Positions 12,746 through 25,600 of a stretch of DNA of 64,000 bases are shown piece by piece. The notes under the pieces are model-generated. The model worked only from the letters and a program-made list of their open reading frames with translations. It was not told the DNA's origin and did not search any database. The position numbers and the translations under genes are program-made. The number at the start of each line of letters is the position of its first letter. Position 1 is the first letter of the stretch. This stretch comes from Macrostomum lignano (lineage: Eukaryota), in the NCBI GenBank assembly GCA_002269645.1, contig NIVC01001223.1:97186-161185 (forward strand). The letters are read 5' to 3'.

Positions 12746-13290
12746 TTTTATTCAAAAGCGAAGTACAAGCTGCAGGATGTGCCAGGGAGGCAAGTAATTG
12801 CATTTAGTGTTTGGGAATGCCGAAGCCGGAGGCCTAAAATTTTCTCACTTGCCATGATGTGAAATTCATAGAACTATAAATTAATTTATTTTTTACTTTA
12901 TATGTTATTTGCTCTCGTAATGCTTGTAACTGAGACAAAAATAAAGAAAAAGAAAAAAAGACGATTTCCCAAATTTAGTTAAAGAAACCCATTAAATTAT
13001 GCACTAAAAAGCGAGCAGAAAAGATTCCGTGCATTTTATTTAGGAATGTCAATTGGAAGCGAATCGACCTGTTAGTTCTAGAACAAGACAGAAAAACGGT
13101 TTATATCATATGCAAATCTATATCGAATATATAGCGCATTTTCCAGGAATGCTACTGACAAGTAGACAAGCAAGCAATAAATCAACTAAAAGCGAGAATT
13201 AACGTTTACTACGGTCGAGGCATTGGCAGACATAAATATAAAAAATAATTATTTGACACAAAGTTCTCGATTGAGATTTCAGATTTGGTT

Positions 13291-13325
13291 CAAGGACCAC
13301 TAGAAGAAGATTCTAGTGGTCCTTG
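13291..13325. mobile_element. 35-bp TIR-only hAT-like relic with 8-bp TSD
   Basis: CAAGGACCACTAGAA + GAAGA + TTCTAGTGGTCCTTG (perfect 15-bp inverted repeats), flanked by identical ATTTGGTT at 13283-13290 and 13326-13333. Confidence 0.75.
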
Positions 13326-13428
13326 ATTTGGTTCTTTTAAAAATAATTTCTCGATCTAGCCGTAAAAACGGTTATAAGATTGTTTTAAAATTTATTGAAA
13401 TTTGCTCGTCAGCGAAGTAATGGTAGTG

Positions 13429-14037
13429 GGCTGGTCAGAAGGGAGTGTACACTGTGGGACTGCTAATTAGGGGCTGGTCAGAAGGGAGTGTACACTGTGG
13501 GACTGCTAATTAGGGGCTGGTCAGAATGGAGTGTACACTGTGGGACTGCTAATTAGGGCTGGTCAGAAGGGAGTGTACACTGTGGGACTGCTAATTAGGG
13601 GCTGGTCAGAAGGGAGTGTACACTGTGGGACTGCTAATTAGGGGCTGGTCAGAAGGGAGTGTACACTGTGGGACTGCTAATTAGGGGCTGGTCAGAAGGG
13701 AGTGTACACTGTGGGACTGCTAATTAGGGCTGGTCAGAAGGGAGTGTACACTGTGGGACTTCTAATTAGGGGCTGGTCAGAAGGGAGTGTACACTGTGGG
13801 ACTTCTAATTAGGGCTGGTCAGAAGGGAGTGTTCACTGTGGGACTTCTAATTAGGGGCTGGTCAGAAGGGAGTGTACACTGTGGGACTGCTAATTAGGGG
13901 CTGGTCAGAAGGGAGTGTACACTGTGGGACTTCTAATTAGGGGCTGGTCAGAAGGGAGTGTACACTGTGGGACTTCTAATTAGGGCTGGTCAGAAGGGAG
14001 TGTACACTGTGGGACTTCTAATTAGGGCTGGTCAAGT
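13429..14037. repeat. 42-43-bp minisatellite (GGGCTGGTCAGAAGGGAGTGTACACTGTGGGACTGCTAATTAG), ~14 copies
   Basis: Near-perfect tandem array. Confidence 0.95.
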
Positions 14038-14512
14038 GGGGAGTGTAAAATTGGGTCTCGGACTATTTGGTTTGAAAAAATTAAATATTGTGAACATTCA
14101 TAAAAATCATAGTGTTTTTTGTTATTAAAAAAATTGCACAGAGCTCTCTGTGCAGATTAAAAGTTGATTTAAAAACAAAAAGAATCAAGAATGTCGTAAG
14201 TACAGCTGCATTAGTTAGTTGGTTTAAAAGAGAATGTACTCGTCTACGCATAGAATAAGATTTTATATTTGCACGCAAATATCACAATTATTTAAGATTA
14301 AATTTCATCAAGTGTCTAGAACAGCGACCGTGGACTCAGCAAAGCACTTCTGTAGGATCTGAGACTGCGAGGGGCAGACATTAGCAGTGCTGCTAGACGA
14401 TGTAGCTCGCTGATGTAGTTGGACTTGTGACTGAGCCTGCAATTGCACAGATTATGCAGTATTGTATCCCCAGATCTGCAGTGCATGTCTAACCATCTGT
14501 CTAGACAAGCAA

Positions 14513-17500
14513 CTAGGCCCGTGTTTTCCCTTCCATGTCTGAAGAAAATTGAATAGCAAGGTCAAAATTCCTGATCCCAATCTGAGATCCCAGATTCCCG
14601 ATCCCAATCTGAGATCCCACATTCCTGATCCCAATCTGGAATCCCACATTCCTGATCCCAATCTGAAATCCCACATTCCTGATCCCAATCTGAAATCCCA
14701 CATTCCTGATCCCAATCTGAAATCCCACATACCTGATCCCAATTTTAAATCCCACATACCTGATCCCAATTTTAAATCCCATATTCCTGATCCTAATCTG
14801 AAATCCCACATTGATCCCAATCTGAGATCCCAGATTCCCGATCCCAATCTGGAATCCCGGATTCCTGATCCCAATCTGCAATCCCAGATTCCTGATTCCA
14901 ATCTGAGATTCCAGATTCCTGATCCCAATTTTAAATCCCAGATTCCTGATCCAAATATGAAATCCCACATTCCTGATCCCAATCTGAAATCCCACATTCC
15001 TGATCCCAATCTGAAATCCCACATTCCTGATCCCAATTTTAAATCCCAGATTCCTGATCCTCATCTGCAATCCCACATTCCTGATCCCAATCTGAGATCC
15101 CACATTCCTGATCCCAATCTGAAATCCCACATACCTGATCCCAATTTTAAATCCCATATTCCTGATCCTAATCTGAAATCCCACATTGATCCCAATCTGA
15201 GATCCCAGATTCCCGATTCCAATCTGGAATCCCGGATTCCTGATCCCAATCTGCAATCCCAGATTCCTGATTCCAATCTGAGATCCCAGATTCCTGATCC
15301 CAATTTTAAATCCCAGATTCCTGATCCCAATCTGAAATCCCATATTCCTGATCCAAATATGAAATCCCAGATTCCTGATCCCAATCTGAAAACCCAGATT
15401 CCTGATCCTTATCTGCAATCCCAAATTCCTGATCCCAATTTGAAATCTCACATTTCTGATCCCAATCTGAGATCCCAGATTCCTGATCCTAATCTGAGAT
15501 CCCGGATTCCTAATCCCAATCTGAGATCCCAGATTCCTGATCCCAATTTGAAATCCCACATTTCTGATCCCAATCTGAAATCCCAGATTTCTGATCTTAA
15601 TCTGAGATCCCGGATTCCTGATCCTAATCTGAGATCCCAGATTCCTGATCCCAATTTGAAATCCCACATTCCCGATCCCAATCTGAGATCCCGGATTCCT
15701 GATCCCAATCTGAAATCCAGGATTCCTGATCCTAATCTGTAATCCCAGATTCCTAATCCCAATCTGAAATCCCAGATTCCCGATCCCAATTTTAAATTTC
15801 ATATTTCTGATCCCAATCTGAGATCCCAGTTTCCTGATCCTCATCTGCAATCCCACATTCCTGATCCCAATCTGAGATCCCACATACCTGATCCCAATTT
15901 GAAATCCCACATTTCTGATCCCAATCTGAGATCCCAGATTTCTGATCCCAATCCATAATCCAGGATTCCTGATCCTCATCTGCAATCCCAGATTCCTGAT
16001 CCCAATCTGAAGTCCCACAGTCCTGATCCCAATCTGAGATCCCACGTTCGTGATCCCAATCTGAGATCCCAGATTCCTGATCCCAATTTGTGTGCTCACT
16101 CCTGCCGCCATAGCCCGAAGGCTTCCGATTCCTGTTGGCCGACAGCGAAGAAGCCGAAGAAGAGACCGTCGCCATTGCCAAGTCGTCGTTTCCGCCGCCG
16201 CGACCGACGCCGCCGATGCCGTTAACTCTGCCGCCGTCGCTGCCCGAGACGAACTGCACCGGCGGCAGTCCGACTGGCGACGGATAACGCGTCTGCTGGT
16301 TGTGAAGGCTGCTGGGCTGTTGCTGCTGCTGCTGTTGTTGCTGGGAGACGGGCCGCTGCGGCTGCGACTGCCGCCGGGGATTCTCCGTCCGAAGCGGCGG
16401 CGGCGGTGGGCGCCATTCGGGATCGAGCTCTGAGTCGAATTTTGCTAAGGACGGGGCCGTCGGTCCGAATAAAATGTAGCAGAAATTTGCGCAGCCGCCG
16501 CCGTGGTCGAACGGGTTGATCAGATCCGGGTTGCGCTTTGTGTTGTACAGGTCCTTGATCTGGTGGTTAGGGAGAGGGTTGATGAGAAGTAGCACTAGTG
16601 TTGGCCAGGGCCTTCCCGAGGGTCTGAGAGCCGTGCTACATTTCCCTGGGTGTCTAGAACCTGGCCCAGATCTCTGTAGATTGGGCTAGATCTCCCTGAG
16701 CATCTAGAGACTGTGCTACGAGTAATCACCCGTAGTATCTTCGCTCGTATGGACTGCGCACGCTAGAACACCCTGAATATCTAGAGGCTGTGCTGGATCT
16801 CTGAGGATCTGTAGACTGTGCTAGACTACTCCTGGGTATCTAGAGAATGTGCTAGATCTCTGAGTATCTGGAGGCTGTGCTAGAGATTCTCCACAATCCA
16901 CAGCAGCGCTCACATCCTCATTCGTGGAGGTCTCGCGGCAGATCAGCAGGGTGTGGAAGCCGCCAAGTCCAACCACAGAGAACAAGGAGAAAAATGCCAC
17001 CAAGATGACTACCAGAGTGCAGACGGGAAGATTGAGTTGAGTTAAGGAAAACAAACACTTTAATTGCTGCTTAAAAATATCAAATATGGTAAAACTAGGT
17101 TTAAAAGTATTTTTTGACAAAGGATATCTGGTAGGCGACTCTCTCAGCACCTGGATAAAGTCTCCATTTTTTTGCCTGCTCACTGAAATGATAGAATTGA
17201 AATGCAATAGACATGGTTAGGTAGCAGCGGTTTCATTTAGTATGGCGATAATGATCACTAGTTCAGAAAAAATATAAAATTAAGAAATGGCATCTCGTAA
17301 AAAAACTAATACTCAAACAAAACAAAACTCGAGGAAGAAAATTCAAGTAGAAATTCCATTTTTTCTAAGATCGTTGATTTCCGTGACACCCCAACTCCCA
17401 AAGATCCCAATCTCCATCACACCCCAGCACACCAAAGATCCCAATCCCCGTGACAACCCATGACACAGACCCCAATTCAATTGGGAGACTTCTCAAGAGA

Positions 17501-20500
17501 TCTCATTCTAGTAAATATCAAATTTTCAAAGAAATCACCCATTCTCCAGAGATCTGGATCCAAATCAGTATTGGTGTCTTTTCAAAAGCAAAAATTCCAA
17601 AGTCCAGCTTCCAAATAAGGATCCTTTAATCTGGAAAGTATCCCACTCTGACAAAGAAAATCCGTCCCAACTCAAAGCACTCACGAATAACCAAATTGAT
17701 GCAGCCGAACACCATAATGTAGACACAATAGACGGTCACGCTGGCCAAGAACAAATAAAAATATCGATAATTCCGCCTGCCAACGCAGTTGCCAACCCAC
17801 GGGCAGTGGTGATCGAATCTGTCAACGCAATTGTCGCATGTAGAACAGTGGCTGGCCCTTGGCGGCCGCCACAGCTTGCAGGTCTGGCAGAATTTCAGCT
17901 TGAATAATCGGCCATTGATTCGAATGTCGCGCAATGTCTCGTATTGCGGAACCGTGCTGTGCGAGGCTTGACGTGGGTTTTATTATCGATTTATAGATTT
18001 TGTCAGATTGTGGCTGATTTTGAGCCCGATTAGCCAACCAATATTGACAGTTTTTGAGCCCGATTAGCTAACCAATATTGACAGTTTTTGAGCATAATTA
18101 GCCAACCAATATTGACAGTTTTTGAGCCTAATTAGCCAACCAATATTGGCAGTTTTTGAGCCCGATTAGCCAACCAATATTGACAGTTTTTGAGCCCGAT
18201 TAGCTAACCAATATTGACAGTTTTTGAGCCTAATTAGCTAACCAATATTGACAGTTTTTGAGCCCGATTAGCCAACCAATATTGACAGTTTTTGAGCCTA
18301 ATTAGCCAACCAATATTGACAGTTTTTGAGCCTAATTAGCTAACCAATATTGGCAGTTTTTGAGCCCGATTAGCCAACCAATATTGACAGTTTTTGAGCC
18401 TAATTAGCCAACCAATATTGACAGTTTTTGAGCCCGATTAGCCAACCAATATTGGCAGTTTTTGAGCCTAATTAGCCAACCAATATTGGCAGTTTTTGAG
18501 CCCGATTAGCCAACCAATATTGACAGTTTTTGAGCCCGATTAGCCAACCAATATTGACAGTTTTTGAGCCTAATTAGCCAACCAATATTGGCAGTTTTTG
18601 AGCCCGATTAGCCAACCAATATTGACAGTTTTTGAGCCCGATTAGCCAACCAATATTGGCAGTTTTTGAGCCCGATTAGCCAACCAATATTGACAGTTTT
18701 TGAGCCCGATTAGCCAACCAATATTGGCAGTTTTTGAGCCTAATTAGCTAACCAATATTGACAGTTTTTGAGCCCGATTAGCCAACCAATATTGACAGTT
18801 TTTGAGCCTAATTAGCCAACCAATATTGGCAGTTTTTGAGCCCGATTAGCCAACCAATATTGGCAGTTTTTGAGCCCGATTAGCCAACCAATATTGGCAG
18901 TTTTTGAGCCCGATTAGCCAACCAATATTGACAGTTTTTGAGCCCGATTAGCCAACCAATATTGGCAGTTTTTGAGCCTAATTAGCTAACCAATATTGAC
19001 AGTTTTTGAGCCTAATTAGCTAACCAATATTGACAGTTTTTGAGCCTAATTAGCTAACCAATATTGACAGTTTTTGAGCCCGATTAGCCAACCAATATTG
19101 ACAGTTTTTGAGCCTAATTAGCCAACCAATATTGGCAGTTTTTGAGCCCGATTAGCCAACCAATATTGACAGTTTTTGAGCCCGATTAGCCAACCAATAT
19201 TGACAGTTTTTGAGCCCGATTAGCCAACCAATATTGGCAGTTTTTGAGCCTAATTAGCTAACCAATATTGACAGTTTTTGAGCCTAATTAGCTAACCAAT
19301 ATTGACAGTTTTTGAGCCTAATTAGCTAACCAATATTGACAGTTTTTGAGCCTAATTAGCCAACCAATATTGACAGTTTTTGAGCCTAATTAGCCAACCA
19401 ATATTGACAGTTTTTGAGCCTAATTAGCCAACCAATATTGGCAGTTTTTGAGCCCGATTAGCCAACCAATATTGACAGTTTTTGAGCCCGATTAGCCAAC
19501 CAATATTGACAGTTTTTGAGCCCGATTAGCCAACCAATATTGGCAGTTTTTGAGCCTAATTAGCTAACCAATATTGACAGTTTTTGAGCCTAATTAGCTA
19601 ACCAATATTGACAGTTTTTGAGCCTAATTAGCTAACCAATATTGACAGTTTTTGAGCCCGATTAGCCAACCAATATTGACAGTTTTTGAGCCTAATTAGC
19701 CAACCAATATTGGCAGTTTTTGAGCCCGATTAGCCAACCAATATTGACAGTTTTTGAGCCCGATTAGCCAACCAATATTGACAGTTTTTGAGCCCGATTA
19801 GCCAACCAATATTGACAGTTTTTGAGCCTAATTAGCTAACCAATATTGGCAGTTTTTGAGCCCGATTAGCCAACCAATATTGGCAGTTTTTGAGCCTAAT
19901 TAGCTAACCAATATTGACAGTTTTTGAGCCTAATTAGCTAACCAATATTGACAGTTTTTGAGCCTAATTAGCTAACCAATATTGACAGTTTTTGAGCCTA
20001 ATTAGCCAACCAATATTGACAGTTTTTGAGCCTAATTAGCCAACCAATATTGGCAGTTTTTGAGCCCGATTAGCCAACCAATATTGACAGTTTTTGAGCC
20101 CGATTAGCCAACCAATATTGACAGTTTTTGAGCCCGATTAGCCAACCAATATTGGCAGTTTTTGAGCCTAATTAGCTAACCAATATTGACAGTTTTTGAG
20201 CCTAATTAGCTAACCAATATTGACAGTTTTTGAGCCTAATTAGCTAACCAATATTGACAGTTTTTGAGCCTAATTAGCTAACCAATATTGACAGTTTTTG
20301 AGCCTAATTAGCTAACCAATATTGACAGTTTTTGAGCCTAATTAGCTAACCAATATTGACAGTTTTTGAGCCTAATTAGCTAACCAATATTGACAGTTTT
20401 TGAGCCTAATTAGCTAACCAATATTGACAGTTTTTGAGCCCGATTAGCTAACCAATATTGACAGTTTTTGAGCCTAATTAGCTAACCAATATTGACAGTT

Positions 20501-21659
20501 TTTGAGCCTAATTAGCTAACCAATATTGACAGTTTTTGAGCCTAATTAGCTAACCAATATTGACAGTTTTTGAGCCTAATTAGCTAACCAATATTGACAG
20601 TTTTTGAGCCTAATTAGCTAACCAATATTGACAGTTTTTGAGCCCGATTAGCTAACCAATATTGACAGTTTTTGAGCCTAATTAGCTAACCAATATTGAC
20701 AGTTTTTGAGCCTAATTAGCTAACCAATATTGACAGTTTTTGAGCCCGATTAGCCAACCAATATTGACAGTTTTTGAGCCTAATTAGCTAACCAATATTG
20801 ACAGTTTTTGAGCCTAATTAGCTAACCAATATTGACAGTTTTTGAGCCTAATTAGCTAACCAATATTGACAGTTTTTGAGCCTAATTAGCTAACCAATAT
20901 TGACAGTTTTTGAGCCTAATTAGCTAACCAATATTGACAGTTTTTGAGCCTAATTAGCTAACCAATATTGACAGTTTTTGAGCCCGATTAGCTAACCAAT
21001 ATTGACAGTTTTTGAGCCTAATTAGCTAACCAATATTGACAGTTTTTGAGCCCGATTAGCTAACCAATATTGACAGTTTTTGAGCCTAATTAGCTAACCA
21101 ATATTGACAGTTTTTGAGCCCGATTAGCCAACCAATATTGGCAGTTTTTGAGCCCGATTAGCTAACCAATTTTTGGCGAATTTCAAAACCTCGACGACCA
21201 CCTGAAGTCCCTACAAGTCTATTACATTAGTTGGGTTCTGAGACAGATTAAATGTATTTTACAGTGTAGCTCGTACTTTTCCATGGAAATCAATAAAGTG
21301 CACCCGAATCCAGATTCTCCCTATCTAAAAAATCAAGCTCTAAAAGATGCAAACTCACCCATCTCAGCCTCCATCCAGGCAGCCTCGTCGGGCCCAGCCC
21401 TGGGAATGATGCCCGGATCGCTCAGGGTGGTGCGCAGCAGGCAGGCCAGCACAAAGCCACACTGCAGCACGGCGAAAACTGGCACAGCTGGCGACAGATT
21501 CACTGCCAAAAAACGACAATCGAACGCGAAGAATAGTCCCGAAAACACCACCACCAGAAGCAGGGTTAGGTAGAACACTGACAGGTTCCTAGCGCACACG
21601 CAGCGACCATTGCAGGTGATCCAGCTCTTACCCTTGTACTGCTCCCAGCGCTTTGGCAT
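14513..21659 (-). CDS. ZDHHC9/14/18: DHHC palmitoyl acyltransferase, ZDHHC9/14/18 (Erf2/app) subfamily
   Basis: Exons: 21659-21360; ~17965-17685 (DHHC-CRD: [44 protein letters not shown]); 17182-17128; 17016-16914 ([14 protein letters not shown]); 16559-16100 (NPF motif, low-complexity tail); 14538-14513 (NMEGKTRA*). Phases agree at all junctions except exon1/exon2, where only a weak AAG acceptor fits. Confidence 0.93.
14567..16089. repeat. 27-bp minisatellite (GATCCCAGATTCCTGATCCCAATCTGA) in the last ZDHHC intron
   Basis: About 55 variant units with a ~374-bp internal higher-order duplication (CACATTGATCCC landmark at ~14807 and ~15182). Confidence 0.95.
17017..17127 (-). other. U12-type AT-AC intron (111 nt) in ZDHHC
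   Basis: 5' splice site ATATCCTTTG (17127-17118), branch site TTTCCTTAAC (17050-17041), terminal AC (17018-17017). Removal gives [14 protein letters not shown], colinear without gaps with ZDHHC9-type ETPGTVLEVLICFF (recalled). Confidence 0.9.
18015..21172. repeat. 34-bp minisatellite (ATTGACAGTTTTTGAGCCCGATTAGCCAACCAAT), ~93 copies, ZDHHC intron
   Basis: Tandem array with three variable sites; the right end is dominated by the CCTAATTAGCTAACC variant. Confidence 0.97.
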
Positions 21660-22093
21660 TGCAACACCCTCCTGCTTTTAGCTGGTCAGCTTCAGTGAGC
21701 ATGCAATAAATTATAAAGGCTGCTAAATAGGCATAAGAAGCAGCTGCCTATAAGCTGTACTAAAAAATGTTAAATCATAGAATAAATTAGAAAAAACAAA
21801 GTTTTAGTGTATCTATATTTTAAAATATATCTAACTACAATTTTTAGTATATTGGATTTGATTGGTTTGATTATGGAAATGGGACATCTAAAATAGTTTA
21901 CTAACTTTTTAAAAATCTCCTATAACCTTATGAATAAAAATATAAGTACTTAATTGCTTTAAACATGAAATGAGTCATTTCACTTGACAAAAAAATTAAC
22001 AAAGCAAATTTTACAACCAAGCTTTGAATAATTTATGCAAATCAAAAGAAAAAAACATGTTAGTTTTAAATAGTCGCTTATAGAATATGTAAT

Positions 22094-22670
22094 CCAGGTT
22101 GCGGATGGTATGCATGTACGCCGGAACTTTTCCGGCGTACAAAACGGCCACCCTCAGTCCTTGGCGTACACAATCGGCGTACACAACCCCTGGCGCACTT
22201 TGTTGGCGTACACTATTGGCGTACACAAGTAACACAGCCACGCATACTTTTTTGGCGTACAAATTTTGGTGAATCAATTCATGCCGTGCATGAAAATTGT
22301 AATGTAAATTAATGTTTTTACGTAAAGTAAAGGAAAATTTATATCGTCAGTGATAAACTTTTTGCTTATTTTAAGTTAAAAAAAAATTAAACTAGTGTAA
22401 AATTTTGCTGAAAGTATTAACTTTGCATGATATTTTTTGTAGGTGTTATTTAAGTTTGTTTAAACTGACAATATTCGTAATATTTTAAAGACACTTTTCA
22501 TACGAAAGCCTTTCCTAGAAAACTCTACTCGTGAAAACCGAATGACCCTTTTTTTGGAATTTTTAGTGTACATTTGAGTGCAACTTTTTGTTTTTGGCGT
22601 ACACTGGCGTACAAAGTCCTTGACGCCCGAATTTTTTCCGGCGTACACGGGTACATGATCCGCACACTGG
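22094..22670. mobile_element. Non-autonomous DNA transposon (hAT-like), 577 bp
   Basis: 8-bp TSD TATGTAAT at 22086-22093 and 22671-22678; imperfect TIRs CCAG..TGCGGAT..TGTACGCCGGAA; multiple subterminal GGCGTACA motifs at both ends. Confidence 0.75.
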
Positions 22671-25600
22671 TATGTAATAGGCCTAATATTTAAAATAGGC
22701 AGATCCTGACCTGATGGATGAAGCCACTGTTGGCAATAGTTGATACATGTGAATCTGATTTATGAAAATCCCACAAAATTCACCCTTTTAATTTTATGGA
22801 TCCATGCAACAATGATTTAGAAGCTTATATGTGAAGATGGGTATGAAATTTCGTACATACTGAGAATTCATATTGTTTTATTCTCTGGCATTGCACTTTA
22901 AAGTCCTTCGAAAGTATATTTAGCTTTAATGTAAATTAAAAAAATGTCAACCTTAATTATTCAGAAATTTATTCTTCTACTTTTAATATTTTCATTCAGA
23001 AATACAAAACTAAAGTAAAAAATTTAGTTTTAAAAAATTGTCTTAGATTATAGAATTTTTAATTGATTATTTTTTTTAACAATCTAATCTAAGCACGTTC
23101 TGCATACAAGTAATGAGACTATGATGAGTTAGTTAGAAGAAAGGCAATACTTGAAAATACGAAGTAAATTACAAAACTGAAATCCGCCAAATAACAGATT
23201 ACTTCTAAAGTTTATAATGCAAAAGAGGTATATCGTTTTTAAAGAAATAATTTAATAATATTTGTTTATGTAAACTATTTTATTAATCAGTTCTTTTTAA
23301 AATTACAACTATACTTTGTTAAGAAGAGTTGTTCTAATTTTCCGGACTTTTACACTTGAAAATATGACATTTGACATGACAATCAGTCAATGCATTCTTA
23401 TGCAATACAGGTACTAGCCAATACTAGGGACAGGAAAACGAAAAAAAGTTGGAAATTGATTTATTATTCTCTTAGTCCTCGAAAGGCATTATTTTGATTG
23501 GATTAAGTTTTACCACAGACAAAAAAGTCACTTGAATTCAAGAATTCAAATATACATTTAACACTAAAATAGTCGGAACTCGCAGTACTCCAACGTTTGT
23601 TGTTTCACATCAATAGTATTGAGTAGTCCCTGTTGCAATATTTAAAACAATACAACAATTAGTATTGCAGGACACAGACGCATCATTAAAACTTGCGAGA
23701 ACATTTCACATGTCAATCACCTTTTCTCTAATACATCACAGCTATAACTCTAATTCAACGCAACTGGGGAAGGGAGGCAGGGCCACCACTCTTCAGTGGA
23801 GATTCGGAAAAGATGAACGGGTGAACCAAGTGCACATTCGCCAAAATACAGGCCGGCCCCTTTGGTCTTCACCCAAATGCATCCGGTTCAGCCATTAAAT
23901 GCCAACACGAACGAAACAGAAGCAGAAAAAGAAAACCTTACTTTGGATAGCTTAAGAAAGGGGTAAGCTGCTTAATTTTACAAGTAAAAAAGTATTTTAG
24001 AAAGTTTTTTGTTTTACTATGTATTTGTAAAGCGCGCACATTTGGCCGAAGGGTCTCCCTAAAACACGCCCCGCACCGCCCCAGCAGCGCTACACGTTAT
24101 AACAATTTGGTTTGTAAGACTTTGCAAAATAAGTTTTATGCTAAGATAAAAATTTTAATTAAATGCATTTATTTTATTAGAAGTAGAAAATCCTAAGTTT
24201 AAAGAATTTTTAGCAGAAAGCGCACTAGACTTGTCAACAGGTATTCAACTTTACCGTGTTACATTAGTTTGTTGAATCGTGAATAGAAAATAACACGTGC
24301 TTATATAATACGTTGAATCTAATACACTTATACACGGTCATTTTGTTAGGAGCTCCACTCATGATGAAGCTCTCTGAATATCTAAGCTAACACCAACGGT
24401 AAAGTAATTACATTAAGACAATTCTAAACTAACCAACAAGCAATATACACGCTTCAAGTATCTAACCAAAGAACTAGAAAACCAACAAGTCCAGGTAAGC
24501 TACTTTAGTCATCTAGCGTAGCAAAGCGAAAGTAAAGCCGTAGGCCCCCACAACAGTGTCAATAACTTAATGTATCTTTGGTTCTCTTTCAACAAGAAAT
24601 ACCGTCTGCCTGCTGAGTAAACGAAGTGGTTGTAACTACATTTCATCTGCTATTTAATAGCATAACTTGGTTAGCCTAGCCCTAGGTCTAGGTTATAGCC
24701 AAAATTTCACTCGAATGTTGTTACAAGCCTTTTTTTAATTTAGCGGCAGATTTTGCATCTTTAACGCCCCCAAATTTTCTGGAATTTTTTTCACCTACAC
24801 TTGCACTTTTTTACTCTGAATCTCTGATGTTATTTTTTATTATTTCTCCTGCATTTGATTTATATTTAATGTCTAATGCATTATTCGATTGTATATAGTA
24901 TTGATTATAGTTGGCTCATTTCATTTTTCAGACACTAAACATAAATAATTAATTCAACAATATGCCAGTAATAAAGTACATTTTTATGATAGTAACAAAT
25001 TAAAACAGCATATTTTTTCAAAGTCTATATTAACCAATATAATTAGATGGCTTAGAAAAAATACACAGTAAGCAAAATAGCACATATTCCAGATTGAAAA
25101 AAGGACAAGTTCTAATAACAGGGAACACAAAAATTAAAAAGTAACAGGGATATATTAGAATTTAACATTTCAAGAGAACAAAAAAGTGCTTTTCAAAAAT
25201 GTTATAACAGAAAAAGTTGTAACAGTGCCATTTACTTAAAAACAAGAAAAAACATTATTAAACTAAAAGACTATTTACACTTAATTAGATCTTACTCTTT
25301 TAAATTTGGAAAAAAAGGCAAAAATGTTCAAAGTTGCAAAAAATATTGTTTTTTTATTCTCAAATAGACAAGTAGGCAAAATAGGCAAAATGGATTCTCA
25401 ATAGACAAAATAGAAAAAAGTAACAAATAGTAACATCTGATGCATAAAGTGCCATTTTATATGAAATTTTTCTTGCTATATTGAAAGTAAAATAAATGTT
25501 GGCATTATAGCAATGAAGTAAGTTGAACACTTAATAATATAAATAACTTTAAGCATACAAACAGAAAAGGTTTAGACATAAAAAGTTTAAGTAAATACAT

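Noticed and set aside
14452-16111. Repeat ORFs, including the WDQESGISD tail of ORF 15792..16595
   Set aside because: They lie in the last ZDHHC intron, past the donor at 16099, and come from the 27-bp minisatellite.
18015-21172. 34-bp repeats as a CRISPR array or a CCAAT-box enhancer cluster
   Set aside because: No unique spacers, eukaryotic intron, no cas genes; the CCAAT motifs are simply part of the unit and there is no functional evidence.
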